A stretch of 49,509 nt of DNA from a virus (IMGVR_UViG_3300016476_000342:1-49509), one strand, 5' to 3'. Shown: positions 1-10,397, counted from the first letter of the stretch. The notes: generated by a model not told the origin, from the letters alone. A program made the numbers and translations.

Positions 1-3000
1 TTAGTATCTGTAGAACTAATGGTGATACGCTGGTTGGCTTCATCCCATGCTACTGTAGTAGCACCAGAACCAATAAAGTTGATTGTGTCTGTGCCTGAAC
101 CAGAGCCACCAGCAATCAATTCAAGGTTTACAGAGTTGGTTGTACCTGAACCATCTAAGATATATGTTGTATTAGTATCTGTGTCAGACCAAGGAACGTT
201 AACAACCATCTGACCAGAAGCGTTGTTCTGGATTGCATATGTTCTAGAAGCGGTTGACGATACTGCGTTTGCTGCAACGGTTTGTGTGGTATCAGAACCT
301 AGCTTAACTATACCAGCAGTCGTACTTGTCGCGACAGACGCTGCTGCAGGTACTAAGTTGGTAGCTACACCACCTGAAACAGAGGTTAGGTCAATATAGG
401 CACCTCTATTAGTACCAGTACTTTCATAGATTCTTAACTTGTTCTGATAAACGTCAATGATAACATTACCAGAAATAGTAGAATTAGTTGCTGGCTTATA
501 GAGTTGGATCTCACCGCCTTCATCGCCAGAAGAGAACATACTTACAAGATTAGTACTTGCAAATATCGATCCACCAGCATAAAGTGCACCACCAACACCA
601 ACGCCACCAGTAACAACCAACGCACCAGTTGAAGTAGAACTCGACGCGGTGTTGTTTGTAAGTGAAATTGCAGTAGCGGTTGTGGCACCTCTACCAGTGA
701 CAGATGAAAGAGTATCTGTTTCAGTATAACTCGTTAGATATGTATTAGTGTCAACAGTCCATGTTCCAGAACCGTTTGTCTTTAAGAAACCTGATGTTCC
801 AGTTAACGCAGCGATGGCCGCAAGGTCAGCATCATAAGCTTGTACGTTAGTACCAATAGCTAAACCTAGATTACTTCTTGCAGTAGCGGCATCACTTGCA
901 CCAGTACCACCATTTGCAATTGCAACTACACCAGTTACGTTAGATGCTGTACCAGTTGTATTCTGGTTTAGTGTAGGAATATCTGCAGCAACAAGTGCTC
1001 TAAACGTTGGAACACCTGCAGTTCCATTAGGTGCTGCAAGAACAAAGTTAGCAGTTTTACTACCATATGGATTTAGAGTATCACCATAAGCAGATGCGAG
1101 TGCAATCGTTACAGCGTTTGATCCATTATAAGAAGTACCTGATAACCCAGTACCAATAGTCAGTGCATTGGTAGCAGTGGCTGTGATAGTGATGTTTGCA
1201 GAACCGTCGAACGATACACCATTGATCGTTCTAGCAGTAGCCAACGTTGTAGCAGTGCTTGCATTACCTACCAGAGCACCTCTAAAGTTAGCGGCTTGAA
1301 TGTCTGCTAACTGGAATGAAGCGTGTGTAGTATCAATGTAGATACTTGCATCTGGTTCTGGTGTGTAACCCTGGAATACCTTATAGTAACCATCGGTTGC
1401 ATCACGGAAGAAACCAGTGTGCTTATATGTGCCATCGTTATATCCAGATGAGAAACCTGTATCTGGGTTTGTGCCTGCCTTAGCTGATGCTGTGCCACCA
1501 CTTACGTATGAACCGGTTGCACTATTAGAAATAGTGAAGGTATTAGTAGTCGTAGCGGTGATAGTTTGATCTGTTAGGTTATACGCAGATGGGTTAACTC
1601 CGGTGATAGTAACCACCATTCCATTTGCATAACCATGTGGATCTTGAGTAGTGTAAACAACCGTAGATCCATTTCCAACGACGTTAGTAATCGTAGCTAT
1701 CTTTGCATTATTCAGATAAATCATGTTATCTGTAATAGAAAGATTAGTTGCGTTTACTGTAGTTGTCGTGCCAGATACAGTTAAGTTTCCATCTACTTGT
1801 AGGTTACCGTTAGTTCTAAGATCACCACCAACAAAGAGCTTCTTAGCGATACCAACACCACCAGCAAATTCAACTGGTGCCACTGTTGACGATGTAGCAT
1901 CAGTCGTATCTGTAAATGTAGTTAAGCTTCCGTTAAGTGAAGCAGAAGTTATCGTCTTATTAGTTAGAGTCTGTGAACCACTTAGAGTAACGACAGTTGA
2001 ATCAATCGCGATAGTTACCGCAGCAGATCCATTATAAGAAGTACCAGTTAAACCAGTTCCAATTGTTAACGCGTTTGCTACGCTACCTGCACTACCAGTC
2101 GTATTCTGGTTTAGTGTAGGAATATCTGCAGCGACTAGAGCTCTGAATGTAGGTAAACCAGAAGTACCGTTTGGAGATGCTAGAACGTAGTTAGCTGTCT
2201 TGCTTGCATATGGATTCTGTGTATCACCATAACCAGAAGCTAGACTGATCGCAGGAGTAGATCCACCAGAAGATACGACAGGTGAAGTACCAATTACAGA
2301 AGTAACACCACCAGGACTTCCATTAGAAGCTGCTGTAATTCTACCTTTAGAATCAACTGTGATGTTTGCGTTGGTATAAGAACCTTCAGTAACTGTTGTG
2401 TTTGCAAGAGTTACTGAGATTGAAGTTGTGCCTGTACCAGTTGCATCACCGGATAAGCTGATGCTCTGGTTACCAGTTAGATACGTATTCGTATCAACAG
2501 ACCATGTTCCTGAACCGTTTGTCTTTAAGAAACCCGATGTTCCAGTTAAAGCTGCAATGGCTGTTAAGTCTGCATCTAGTGGTTGAGCGTCTGTAATGCC
2601 ATAACCAGATAGAGTAGTTGGATTAGTGCCAGCTGTGACTCTACCCTTAGCATCTACTGTAACGCTTCTGTATGTTCCAATCGTTACGCCTGAGTTTGCA
2701 AGCGTTAAACTGATTGAGGTTGTACCAGAACCAGACGCGTCACCTGAGATAGTAATGCTTTGGTTACCAGTTAGGTATGTGTTGGTATCTAATGACCAAG
2801 TATCCGCTGCGGTCTTCTTTAGAAAACCTGATGTGCCGGCCAAAGCGGCGATAGCACCAAGGTCAGCGTCGTACGCTTGAACATTGGTGCCGATGGCTAA
2901 ACCTAGATTTGATCTGGCGGTTGCCGCGTCTGTTGCGCCTGTACCACCCTTTGTGACTGGAATTGCAACACCAGTCCAATTACTACTGTCATCTACGACG

Positions 3001-3026
3001 GTAGTCCCTTGAATTTTTAATGCCAT
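1..3026 (-). CDS. Long tail fibre protein, 3' end beyond the window (not in ORF track)
   Basis: ATG at 3026 after AAGGGAG RBS. Reads MALKIQGTTVVDDSS..., and the same frame still reads ...ISSTDT at base 3. Gly/Thr/Ser/Ala-rich modules shared with neighbouring fibres. Confidence 0.85.
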   Translation of the reverse strand, partial: MALKIQGTTVVDDSSNWTGVAIPVTKGGTGATDAATARSNLGLAIGTNVQAYDADLGAIAALAGTSGFLKKTAADTWSLDTNTYLTGNQSITISGDASGSGTTSISLTLANSGVTIGTYRSVTVDAKGRVTAGTNPTTLSGYGITDAQPLDADLTAIAALTGTSGFLKTNGSGTWSVDTNTYLTGNQSISLSGDATGTGTTSISVTLANTTVTEGSYTNANITVDSKGRITAASNGSPGGVTSVIGTSPVVSSGGSTPAISLASGYGDTQNPYASKTANYVLASPNGTSGLPTFRALVAADIPTLNQNTTGSAGSVANALTIGTGLTGTSYNGSAAVTIAIDSTVVTLSGSQTLTNKTITSASLNGSLTTFTDTTDATSSTVAPVEFAGGVGIAKKLFVGGDLRTNGNLQVDGNLTVSGTTTTVNATNLSITDNMIYLNNAKIATITNVVGNGSTVVYTTQDPHGYANGMVVTITGVNPSAYNLTDQTITATTTNTFTISNSATGSYVSGGTASAKAGTNPDTGFSSGYNDGTYKHTGFFRDATDGYYKVFQGYTPEPDASIYIDTTHASFQLADIQAANFRGALVGNASTATTLATARTINGVSFDGSANITITATATNALTIGTGLSGTSYNGSNAVTIALASAYGDTLNPYGSKTANFVLAAPNGTAGVPTFRALVAADIPTLNQNTTGTASNVTGVVAIANGGTGASDAATARSNLGLAIGTNVQAYDADLAAIAALTGTSGFLKTNGSGTWTVDTNTYLTSYTETDTLSSVTGRGATTATAISLTNNTASSSTSTGALVVTGGVGVGGALYAGGSIFASTNLVSMFSSGDEGGEIQLYKPATNSTISGNVIIDVYQNKLRIYESTGTNRGAYIDLTSVSGGVATNLVPAAASVATSTTAGIVKLGSDTTQTVAANAVSSTASRTYAIQNNASGQMVVNVPWSDTDTNTTYILDGSGTTNSVNLELIAGGSGSGTDTINFIGSGATTVAWDEANQRITISSTDT

Positions 3027-3054
3027 CTTCGCTCCCTTGAACTCGGCTTTTTAC

Positions 3055-3062
3055 TATTTATT
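3055..3062 (-). promoter_or_regulatory. T4-type late promoter variant AATAAATA
   Basis: Near-match to TATAAATA about 30 nt upstream of the fibre ATG at 3026. Confidence 0.55.
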
Positions 3063-3501
3063 ATTCTGGTTTCTGTGGCCAAACAATATTCAAAGGAAAA
3101 CCTTCTTGTTGAGGTACATCTCTTAAAGATTGTCTATATGATGCCCAAGCTTCTTTATTTACAGGTGAATCTGCTAGTTGAGTCCAATCGGATTCTGATA
3201 GCAGAGAATCTCTTGTCTTTCTTGCTAACGATATAGCTTCTTCAATGTTAGGAATAGGATTCAACAGAGCATTTAGTAGTGAACTATTAGCGATTATAAA
3301 GTCGTCATTTGTATAGTAGTATACATGCGGAAAATAATCTTTAGGAAGTTCTTTGTCAGTACTTACAATAGAGTGCGTATTTGAATTAACAGTCATATCA
3401 ACATATGAAGTAGTCGTTAAGGACTTTTCACTTAGTTCAAAAACCTGATCGTCTTGAAAAGCGTTAACAACTAAATTATCTCTATCTAAAATTAATTTCA
3501 T
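3061..3501 (-). CDS. Tail fibre assembly chaperone
   Basis: C-terminal RDSLLSESDWTQLADSP...WASYRQSLRDVPQQEGFP..I.WP motif; follows a fibre gene. Confidence 0.8.
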   Translation of the reverse strand: MKLILDRDNLVVNAFQDDQVFELSEKSLTTTSYVDMTVNSNTHSIVSTDKELPKDYFPHVYYYTNDDFIIANSSLLNALLNPIPNIEEAISLARKTRDSLLSESDWTQLADSPVNKEAWASYRQSLRDVPQQEGFPLNIVWPQKPE

Positions 3502-5828
3502 GCTACACCTGACACAATAAGTTTATTAGTTGCAATGGCTCTACCGACATAGTAGTTTCCAGTAGAACCTATAGTTAAAGAACCATCGTCTGTTACATAG
3601 TACTTTGAATTGACTGTTAACGTTGCAGAAACAGTTACTACACTAGAGTTAATCTTTACAGTAGCGGTCTGACCGTCAGTATATGATCCACCTGAGAATC
3701 CAACGAACAGTGCTTTGTTCGTCGTTGCAATTGAGTCCTCAAACGTACCTATCTTGGAGTTAAGATCGTTCTGCCAAATGATAGGTGTTAGATTGCCAGA
3801 CGAGAATGGGCTAATACCAGTTCCATAGTTTGGCGATACGTTGGTAGAGTATATAGCGGTTTCTGAAGCCGTCAAAGATAATAGATTTGTAGAACTATCT
3901 AGTGATAAAGGAGCCCAGGCGATTGAAAGGTTCGATAATCTCCCAAACATCAGTGGTCTAGATGAAGATTCATTCCATCTAATTAAATTACCAGCATTGA
4001 TAGTAGTTGACAGTGTCGTGTTAGTTAGTAGTACAGAAGGTGCTGCGCCCGAAACATCGATGACTCTATAAGTTATAGTACCACTGCTTGCAGACCACAG
4101 TACAACTTTGTTTTGAGTTTCATAGAAGAAATAGTTAAATGAAGCCGATGCAATGATAATAGATGAAGAAACAGATATAGTGTTATCAGCGTTGATAGTA
4201 ACTATAGCCGCTTTAATGTCTGTAGAAGCGTTTGTTTCTTGATATGCTATAAAGAACTTATCACCACCATTAATAGCGATAGCGTTAAAATAAACGAATG
4301 TAGTAAGAGTACTGAATGTGTACGCTGTTCCAAATGTAAAAGTAGTACCATCATAGTTATACGCTCTTAAGTATGCGTACGTATCAGATCCATTCCTATA
4401 GAACAACAAACCCTTTGAAGAAGTTATGCTTGCTGCGATTGACCCAAAGGAATTTCCTGCAACGCCTGTAGCTGTTGCATTTTTATATGGACCAGTATCA
4501 GCCAAACTTGTTGGTGCAAATTCAGCTAAGTATGAGTTTCCACCATAAGTACTATTTGATTTATTAAATACAATTATTTTACCTGTAGATCTATGATACG
4601 CCCAAGAATTGCTAGTACTACCACCTCTATATGTTGGATCTGTGTTTATCTTTGAGGTTCCAATTGTTATAGAGTTAGTAGAATCATTTAGAGTGAACAT
4701 CAATCCGCGTGTGTTATAACTCGATAAACTGTCTGCAAAATAATAGACACCATATCCACTATTTACGTTATAGTACACTTCAATACCTGTAGCATAACTA
4801 TTATACATGGCTCCCATCGTCCATGTATACGCAGGGTTTCCGCTCAATTGAATCTGTGATACTGTACCGTTTGAGTTTAAAGCGACTGGTACGTTTGCCG
4901 CTATACTTCCACTTGCAGTAGCAGTAAACTCTCCACCTCCACCACCTGCGGCAACAGTAGACCATTTAACACCAGATACCTGCGTACTATCTGCAGTTAA
5001 GACCTGACCATTAGTTCCAACACCAAGTCTTACATTATCAGCACCATCATAAACAATTATATCACCTTTTGTAGTGCTAGGTGATAACGCGTCAAACGCA
5101 TTTGTTTTCGTGGTCTGTCCAGTTCCACCATTAGAGATAGCAACAACACCGGTGACGTTAGACGCAGTGCCGGTTGTGTTCTGGTTTAGTGTAGGAATAT
5201 CTGCTGCCACTAACGCTCTAAATGTTGGAGTACCAGCTATACCATTTGGTGCAGCTAATACTTGGTTAGCAGTCTGTGAAGCCCATGAAGCCGTTAGAGT
5301 GCCCGAACCGGTCACAGGTGAACCACTGATTGAGAACTGACCTGGTAGAGATAGACCAACTGACGTTACTGTGCCAGTGTTACTCGTATATCCATTAGGG
5401 TTAGTAGAAGGATAAGCACCTAGATTAGTAAGTGCTGCTGAAGCCGTTGTTGCTCCAGTACCACCGTTAGCGATTGCGACTGTACCAGTTACGTTTGCAG
5501 CCGTACCAGTCGTGTTTTGGTTTAGAGTAGGAATATCGGCGGCAACCAGTGCTCTAAATGTAGGAGTACCTGCTGTTCCATTAGGAGCTGCTAAAACTTG
5601 GTTTGCTGTTTGAGACGCCCATACTGCAGTTAATGTACCAGCACCAGTTACAGGTGAATTTGAAACAGTGAACGCTGCTGGAAGCGATAATCCTACAGAA
5701 GAAACTGTACCAGTTACACCAAGATTAGATCTAGCTGTCGCAGCGTCTGTAGCACCCGTTCCACCGTTAGCAATTGATACTGGTGTAACTGGTGTTGTCG
5801 TTAACAATAAATTCTTTAAGGAAGCCAT
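3498..5828 (-). CDS. Tail fibre / receptor-binding protein
   Basis: N-terminal GGTGAT and FRALVAADIPTLNQNTTG repeats, then a Tyr/Ser/Asn-rich beta domain; chaperone gene downstream. Confidence 0.75.
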   Translation of the reverse strand: MASLKNLLLTTTPVTPVSIANGGTGATDAATARSNLGVTGTVSSVGLSLPAAFTVSNSPVTGAGTLTAVWASQTANQVLAAPNGTAGTPTFRALVAADIPTLNQNTTGTAANVTGTVAIANGGTGATTASAALTNLGAYPSTNPNGYTSNTGTVTSVGLSLPGQFSISGSPVTGSGTLTASWASQTANQVLAAPNGIAGTPTFRALVAADIPTLNQNTTGTASNVTGVVAISNGGTGQTTKTNAFDALSPSTTKGDIIVYDGADNVRLGVGTNGQVLTADSTQVSGVKWSTVAAGGGGGEFTATASGSIAANVPVALNSNGTVSQIQLSGNPAYTWTMGAMYNSYATGIEVYYNVNSGYGVYYFADSLSSYNTRGLMFTLNDSTNSITIGTSKINTDPTYRGGSTSNSWAYHRSTGKIIVFNKSNSTYGGNSYLAEFAPTSLADTGPYKNATATGVAGNSFGSIAASITSSKGLLFYRNGSDTYAYLRAYNYDGTTFTFGTAYTFSTLTTFVYFNAIAINGGDKFFIAYQETNASTDIKAAIVTINADNTISVSSSIIIASASFNYFFYETQNKVVLWSASSGTITYRVIDVSGAAPSVLLTNTTLSTTINAGNLIRWNESSSRPLMFGRLSNLSIAWAPLSLDSSTNLLSLTASETAIYSTNVSPNYGTGISPFSSGNLTPIIWQNDLNSKIGTFEDSIATTNKALFVGFSGGSYTDGQTATVKINSSVVTVSATLTVNSKYYVTDDGSLTIGSTGNYYVGRAIATNKLIVSGVA

Positions 5829-7630
5829 TATCTACCTTTCTTTAACTCTTCTATCTCTGCTTTTAGAGTCTTAATTGATTCTACTAATAGAGAAATGATA
5901 CCATCGTAGTTAACGCTCTTTTCTCCCTTATCATTGGTGGATACTAATTCAGGTACGATTGGTTCTAATTCTTGTGCGATAACACCTAGTGACTTTGCAC
6001 CGGTATCCTTCCATTCAAACGATACACCTCTAATCGCAGAGACTTTATCTAGTGCATTATCCAAAGTAACTACGTTCGTCTTCTTGTTTAGATCTGACAA
6101 CGAGTTGAAGTTCGTTGCGTTTAGTTGACCCGTACTTGGATTATAGTAGAGCTTTGTGCTGGAAACCAAGGTTGACGTTAGTGTACCACTCGTAGAGGTC
6201 ACAAATTGTGGGTAGTAACTGGCGTTGGTTGTCGTATCATCGGAGATCGTTACGCCACTTGCAACCGTTGCCCAACTTGTGGTAGTACCATTTGTCGTTA
6301 GGAACTTGCCTGAGTTACCTGTCTGTGATGGCAGTTCTGCAGGTCCGGTGTTTGCATACACTTCCCATGTAACGCCATCATAAACAAACTCAACTGTGAT
6401 ACCCTTAACATCGAGTACGATGTCATCAGTTAGGCCTTCAATTGTTGAACCATTTCTTGCAACGGTTACTGAAGTTGTGCTCCAGTCACTACCATCTGCG
6501 ATCTTAACAAACTGACCTGTAGCAGGAGATGCTGGAAGTGTGATTGTGAATGTACCACCAGAAGTATCTGCAATTAAAAGATCACCGGAAACCGCGGTGT
6601 AGTTAGCAGTCTTTCTTGAATACGTAACTGCAACGTTCGCAGAGTTGATTGTGATTCTTTGGTTGCCTTCATCCCAGGCAACGGTTGTTCCACCTGAACC
6701 AACGACGTTAATGCTGTCCGTACCTGAACCAGATCCACCTGCGATCAACTCGATGTTAACTGAGTTGGTTGTGCCAGATCCATCTAAAGTATACGTTGTG
6801 TTTGTATCCGTATAACTGGTTAGATACGTGTTGGTGTCTAATACCCAAGTGTTGGCCGCAGTCTTCTTTAAGAAACCGGACGTACCGGCTAAAGCAGCGA
6901 TAGCGTCTAGGTCTGCGTCCCAAGCTTGTACGTTAGAACCAATTGATAAGCCTAGGTTAGTTCTAGCACCACTTGCGTCCGTTGCACCAGTACCACCCTT
7001 AGCGATAGGTACAGTTGCGAGTGTGACTGCGATACTCGTAGAACCAGTGCCTGATACGTCACCTGATAACGTAATACTTTGGTTACCAGTTAAATATGTG
7101 TTAGTGTCTAAAGCCCAGGTATCAACTCCAGTCTTCTTTAGAAAACCGTTAGTTCCACCAAGTCCTGCGATCGCAGTTAGATCGGCGTCTAATGGTTGAT
7201 AGTTACTGGACGCAGCAGACATCGTCAAATACGTACTAGACGCATTTGAAATTGTTAGGTATGTACTTGAAGCTGCTGCTGTTGTTAGGTATGTTGAAGC
7301 AGCTGTTGACGACAATAGGTAGTCAGAACCTTGATAACCATCTAATAGGTCTGCGTCTAGTCCTGATCCTGCCCCGTCTTCTTTCTCAATAGCCGTAAGC
7401 AACTGTGCCGATGAGATGGCACCGGTGTTACCGTCAACAGATGATACACCTGCTACGGTCTGAGACGATGAGGTAAAGTAATCGATTGCACCGTCTGACT
7501 TTTTGAAGTATAATCGACCGGCAGCATAGTTAATTGCTAATTCGCCGAAGTCTAAGTCAGCTGATGAGGGTGCTTTTGGAACATCGCCCGTAATAACGTT
7601 CGATTTCTTAAGAATGATCTTTGAAGACAT
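5828..7630 (-). CDS. Tail fibre with C-terminal peptidase S74 intramolecular chaperone
   Basis: SDLNKKTN...GVSFEWK...GVIAQELE..VPELV S74 motif; N-terminal KIILKKS...L.FGELA anchor; DADLLDG motif. Confidence 0.85.
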   Translation of the reverse strand: MSSKIILKKSNVITGDVPKAPSSADLDFGELAINYAAGRLYFKKSDGAIDYFTSSSQTVAGVSSVDGNTGAISSAQLLTAIEKEDGAGSGLDADLLDGYQGSDYLLSSTAASTYLTTAAASSTYLTISNASSTYLTMSAASSNYQPLDADLTAIAGLGGTNGFLKKTGVDTWALDTNTYLTGNQSITLSGDVSGTGSTSIAVTLATVPIAKGGTGATDASGARTNLGLSIGSNVQAWDADLDAIAALAGTSGFLKKTAANTWVLDTNTYLTSYTDTNTTYTLDGSGTTNSVNIELIAGGSGSGTDSINVVGSGGTTVAWDEGNQRITINSANVAVTYSRKTANYTAVSGDLLIADTSGGTFTITLPASPATGQFVKIADGSDWSTTSVTVARNGSTIEGLTDDIVLDVKGITVEFVYDGVTWEVYANTGPAELPSQTGNSGKFLTTNGTTTSWATVASGVTISDDTTTNASYYPQFVTSTSGTLTSTLVSSTKLYYNPSTGQLNATNFNSLSDLNKKTNVVTLDNALDKVSAIRGVSFEWKDTGAKSLGVIAQELEPIVPELVSTNDKGEKSVNYDGIISLLVESIKTLKAEIEELKKGR

Positions 7631-7648
7631 TATGTCGTCCTAAAAAGG

Positions 7649-7677
7649 TAAAAATAAGGGAGACTAAAAAGCCTCCC
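7649..7677 (-). terminator. Intrinsic terminator-like hairpin
   Basis: Minus strand GGGAGGCT-TTTT-AGTCTCCC followed by TTATTTTT. Confidence 0.6.
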
Positions 7678-7679
7678 TA

Positions 7680-7687
7680 TATTTATC
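7680..7687 (-). promoter_or_regulatory. Late promoter GATAAATA
   Basis: Same octamer precedes several late genes (10398, 31179, 31621, 49391). Confidence 0.6.
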
Positions 7688-7695
7688 ATTTAGAT

Positions 7696-7724
7696 TGTAC
7701 AATATTCGAGATTATTGGTATAAT
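7696..7724 (+). promoter_or_regulatory. Sigma70/early-type promoter oriented antisense to fibre genes
   Basis: TGTACA-N17-TATAAT with extended TG; same layout as the promoter at 39317-39345. Confidence 0.6.
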
Positions 7725-7737
7725 GTATCTCTGAATA

Positions 7738-9768
7738 TCAATAAGTACCGCCGTCAACGATAAAGTTCTCTAGCTTACTGGTTGATGCTACACCAACGAT
7801 GTCTGTTCCAACGTAGATCTTCTTAGCAACAGATAGACCACCCGAAAGAACAACCGCAGCGGTACCAAGAGCACTTGCATCGGTAGTGTTCGTTAGAGTT
7901 ACTAGACCAGAAGCATCAATCGTAGTACCGCTGAACGAAGAAGTCGTAATCGTCTTGTTCGATAGAGTCTCAGATCCTGCTAGAGTTGCTAACGTACCTG
8001 TAGTTGGTAAGGTTACGTTTGTATTAGCAGTTACAGTTAACGTAGTATTGAATGCACCACTGGTAGTTAAGTTACCACCAAGAGTGATAGTCTTAGTACC
8101 GTTGTTAACGCCTGTACCACCATATGTAGGACTAATGATCGTGCCGTTCCATGTACCACTTGTGATAGTACCAACAGTGTTGATCGACGCCTGACCTGCG
8201 TATGTTGAAGCGATGTCAACTGCGTTAGCACTTACGCTGATTCTATCTGTTGTGCCACCAACGTCGAAGGTAGTACCGGTTAGGGTTAAACCGTTACCTG
8301 CAACGTATGCACCAGATCCAGAGAACTGCACCCATGATTGACCGGTAAAGCTCGTTAGATAGTGATTAGACTGTGTCCAACCGGTGTTGGCATACGTAGT
8401 ACCTTCCATAACGAATACAGAAGCACCAACTAGTTCAGTGTAGGTGTCTGAGTCGACTGGACGTGTAAGCGTATAGGTTGTACCGTTGTCGTTATAGACG
8501 TATATACCGTTCTCAGCCGTTGTAGTCTGACCGGTTAATAAGAGTCTGTAGACACCATTGTCAGTTTGATCTAACGCAGAGTGACCGTCGATAACGAGTG
8601 TGCTGGTAGAACCAGTTAACGCAACGTTGCTTGTAGCTAGTAAGTTGACTGCAGGCTTGAATGTTAGACCTGTGATAGCGTTGTCAACATATGCTTTGTT
8701 GGTTGCATCGGTTGCGTTTACAGGAGTTGCAACACCGGTGATTCTAGAATCTGCAACGTCAACAGCACCTGTACCATTTGGAGAGATAACGATGTTACCA
8801 TTCGTATCTGTCGAAGTGATCGAGTTACCATTGAAGTTTAAGTTATCAACTGTTAACTCTGTAACACCTGCGATCGATGTAGATGTGCTACCTAGTGAAA
8901 CTGTGGTAGAACCAAACGTTACCGAACTGTTAACAAGAGAAGAGTTACCAATGTTAGTGATCGTGTTACTTGAACCACTGATTGTCTTATTGGTAAGAGT
9001 CTGTGCACCAGTTAGTGTAGCAACTGTTGCATCAATATCAAATGTAACTGCATTGGTAGACGAGTTGATGCTCGACGTGATACCAGTTCCACCAATGAAG
9101 TTTAGTGTGTCGGTTAGAAGAGCGATCGAGTCAGTGCCCGTGTCGGCTGCAATACTTAGGTTAGTTGCTAGGTTAGCTTCTGACGCAGAGGTGATCTGAC
9201 CTTGAGCGTTAACAGTGATGACTGGAATCTTTGTGGTGCTACCATAGGTCTGAGCAGTAACACCAGTGTTTGTAATAGAAACAGTTGATGTATTAGCACC
9301 ATCATTGTTCGTGATAGTGATACCAGTGCCAGCTGTAACTGCACCACCAACCGTATCATAGATGTACTCTTGAATCGATGTAGAGGTATCACCGATGTAT
9401 AGGTTACTAATTACAGTCTTACCGGTACCATTTGGTACGATGTTGATGTCACCGTTAAGATTAGTAGAACCTAATGTGTTTCCATCAAGTTGTAAGTTGT
9501 CAACCTTCAATAGGTCGATCTTAGAACTTGAATCAACGATGATAGCTGAGTTAGCTGTAAGCGTACCTGGTGTGTGACTTAACTTATCAGTAAAATACTT
9601 ACCACCAACAATGTGAATGTTTGCTGCAGCACCGTTAACATCTTCATTGCCAGCACCAATGTATAGTTTGTTGGTATCAAGATACCATGAATACGCTAAT
9701 TCACCTGCACCAAGGGCGGCTGGAGATGCTGTATTAGCGGAACGTTTGATCTTAATTAGTGATGCCAT
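7738..9768 (-). CDS. Tail fibre-like virion structural protein
   Basis: IKIKRS...L.AGELAY anchor, DATNKAYVD and QTLTNKT fibre motifs, C-terminal VDGGTY. Confidence 0.75.
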   Translation of the reverse strand: MASLIKIKRSANTASPAALGAGELAYSWYLDTNKLYIGAGNEDVNGAAANIHIVGGKYFTDKLSHTPGTLTANSAIIVDSSSKIDLLKVDNLQLDGNTLGSTNLNGDINIVPNGTGKTVISNLYIGDTSTSIQEYIYDTVGGAVTAGTGITITNNDGANTSTVSITNTGVTAQTYGSTTKIPVITVNAQGQITSASEANLATNLSIAADTGTDSIALLTDTLNFIGGTGITSSINSSTNAVTFDIDATVATLTGAQTLTNKTISGSSNTITNIGNSSLVNSSVTFGSTTVSLGSTSTSIAGVTELTVDNLNFNGNSITSTDTNGNIVISPNGTGAVDVADSRITGVATPVNATDATNKAYVDNAITGLTFKPAVNLLATSNVALTGSTSTLVIDGHSALDQTDNGVYRLLLTGQTTTAENGIYVYNDNGTTYTLTRPVDSDTYTELVGASVFVMEGTTYANTGWTQSNHYLTSFTGQSWVQFSGSGAYVAGNGLTLTGTTFDVGGTTDRISVSANAVDIASTYAGQASINTVGTITSGTWNGTIISPTYGGTGVNNGTKTITLGGNLTTSGAFNTTLTVTANTNVTLPTTGTLATLAGSETLSNKTITTSSFSGTTIDASGLVTLTNTTDASALGTAAVVLSGGLSVAKKIYVGTDIVGVASTSKLENFIVDGGTY

Positions 9769-9781
9769 TTGTTAGTTTTCC

Positions 9782-10042
9782 TTAAAAATGCCCAGCATTC
9801 ATTATTTGTTTTTCTAATAGTCTTGTAGTAACCCACTTAGACGTAGTGGTGTTATATACCAAGACAGATCCGTCTTCTAATACAGTACTATCTACGTTAG
9901 CAAGATCTTGTAGGTTTGCAGCAGCACCGCTTTGCCCTTGTATACCGACAGATGAAACATTTACAGTGCTGGTGTAATTTACAGTAGAGTTAGAGACAGT
10001 AGTATTGTTATCATACTCTACAATGGCAATGATTTCGTTCAT
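9782..10042 (-). CDS. Small virion structural protein
   Basis: L.DL.NVD...DGSVLVYN....KW motif typical of phage fibre accessory proteins; context. Confidence 0.55.
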   Translation of the reverse strand: MNEIIAIVEYDNNTTVSNSTVNYTSTVNVSSVGIQGQSGAAANLQDLANVDSTVLEDGSVLVYNTTTSKWVTTRLLEKQIMNAGHF

Positions 10043-10371
10043 CTAGTGATCTCCGGTGTGATTAACACTATACCTTCTAGAGCTCTCTTCTTTTCACCTG
10101 TATTACTTGTAATCTCAATGTCGTACAAGTATCTACCGGCTGCAATACTAGAAGAAGTAGACGCTGGTAACTGTAGTCTAATTTTTCCAGCTGCTGCATC
10201 ATACAACGACGTAGTGAACGAGGTGTATGACGATGACTGATATGACTTACGAAACTGTGATTGCACAGTGTAATTCGTAAGGTTGATGATTGTGCCGTCT
10301 TGATTCTTAAGAGTTATGATAGCACTAAAATCAGAACCTTGGTCTACATATAGATTTGCTACAGATGCCAT
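10039..10371 (-). CDS. Small Ig-like/BppU-like virion protein
   Basis: NLYVDQGSDF...AGRYLYDIEI...EG.V.ITPEITR pattern common in T4-like structural modules. Confidence 0.6.
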   Translation of the reverse strand: MASVANLYVDQGSDFSAIITLKNQDGTIINLTNYTVQSQFRKSYQSSSYTSFTTSLYDAAAGKIRLQLPASTSSSIAAGRYLYDIEITSNTGEKKRALEGIVLITPEITR

Positions 10372-10397
10372 GACAGTTTCTTTTTATTATTCTAGTA

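Noticed and set aside
1-9768. Diversity-generating retroelement or shufflon acting on fibres
   Set aside because: No reverse transcriptase or invertase in the window. Repeats are in-frame, same-orientation modules that differ mainly at synonymous sites, not specifically at adenines.
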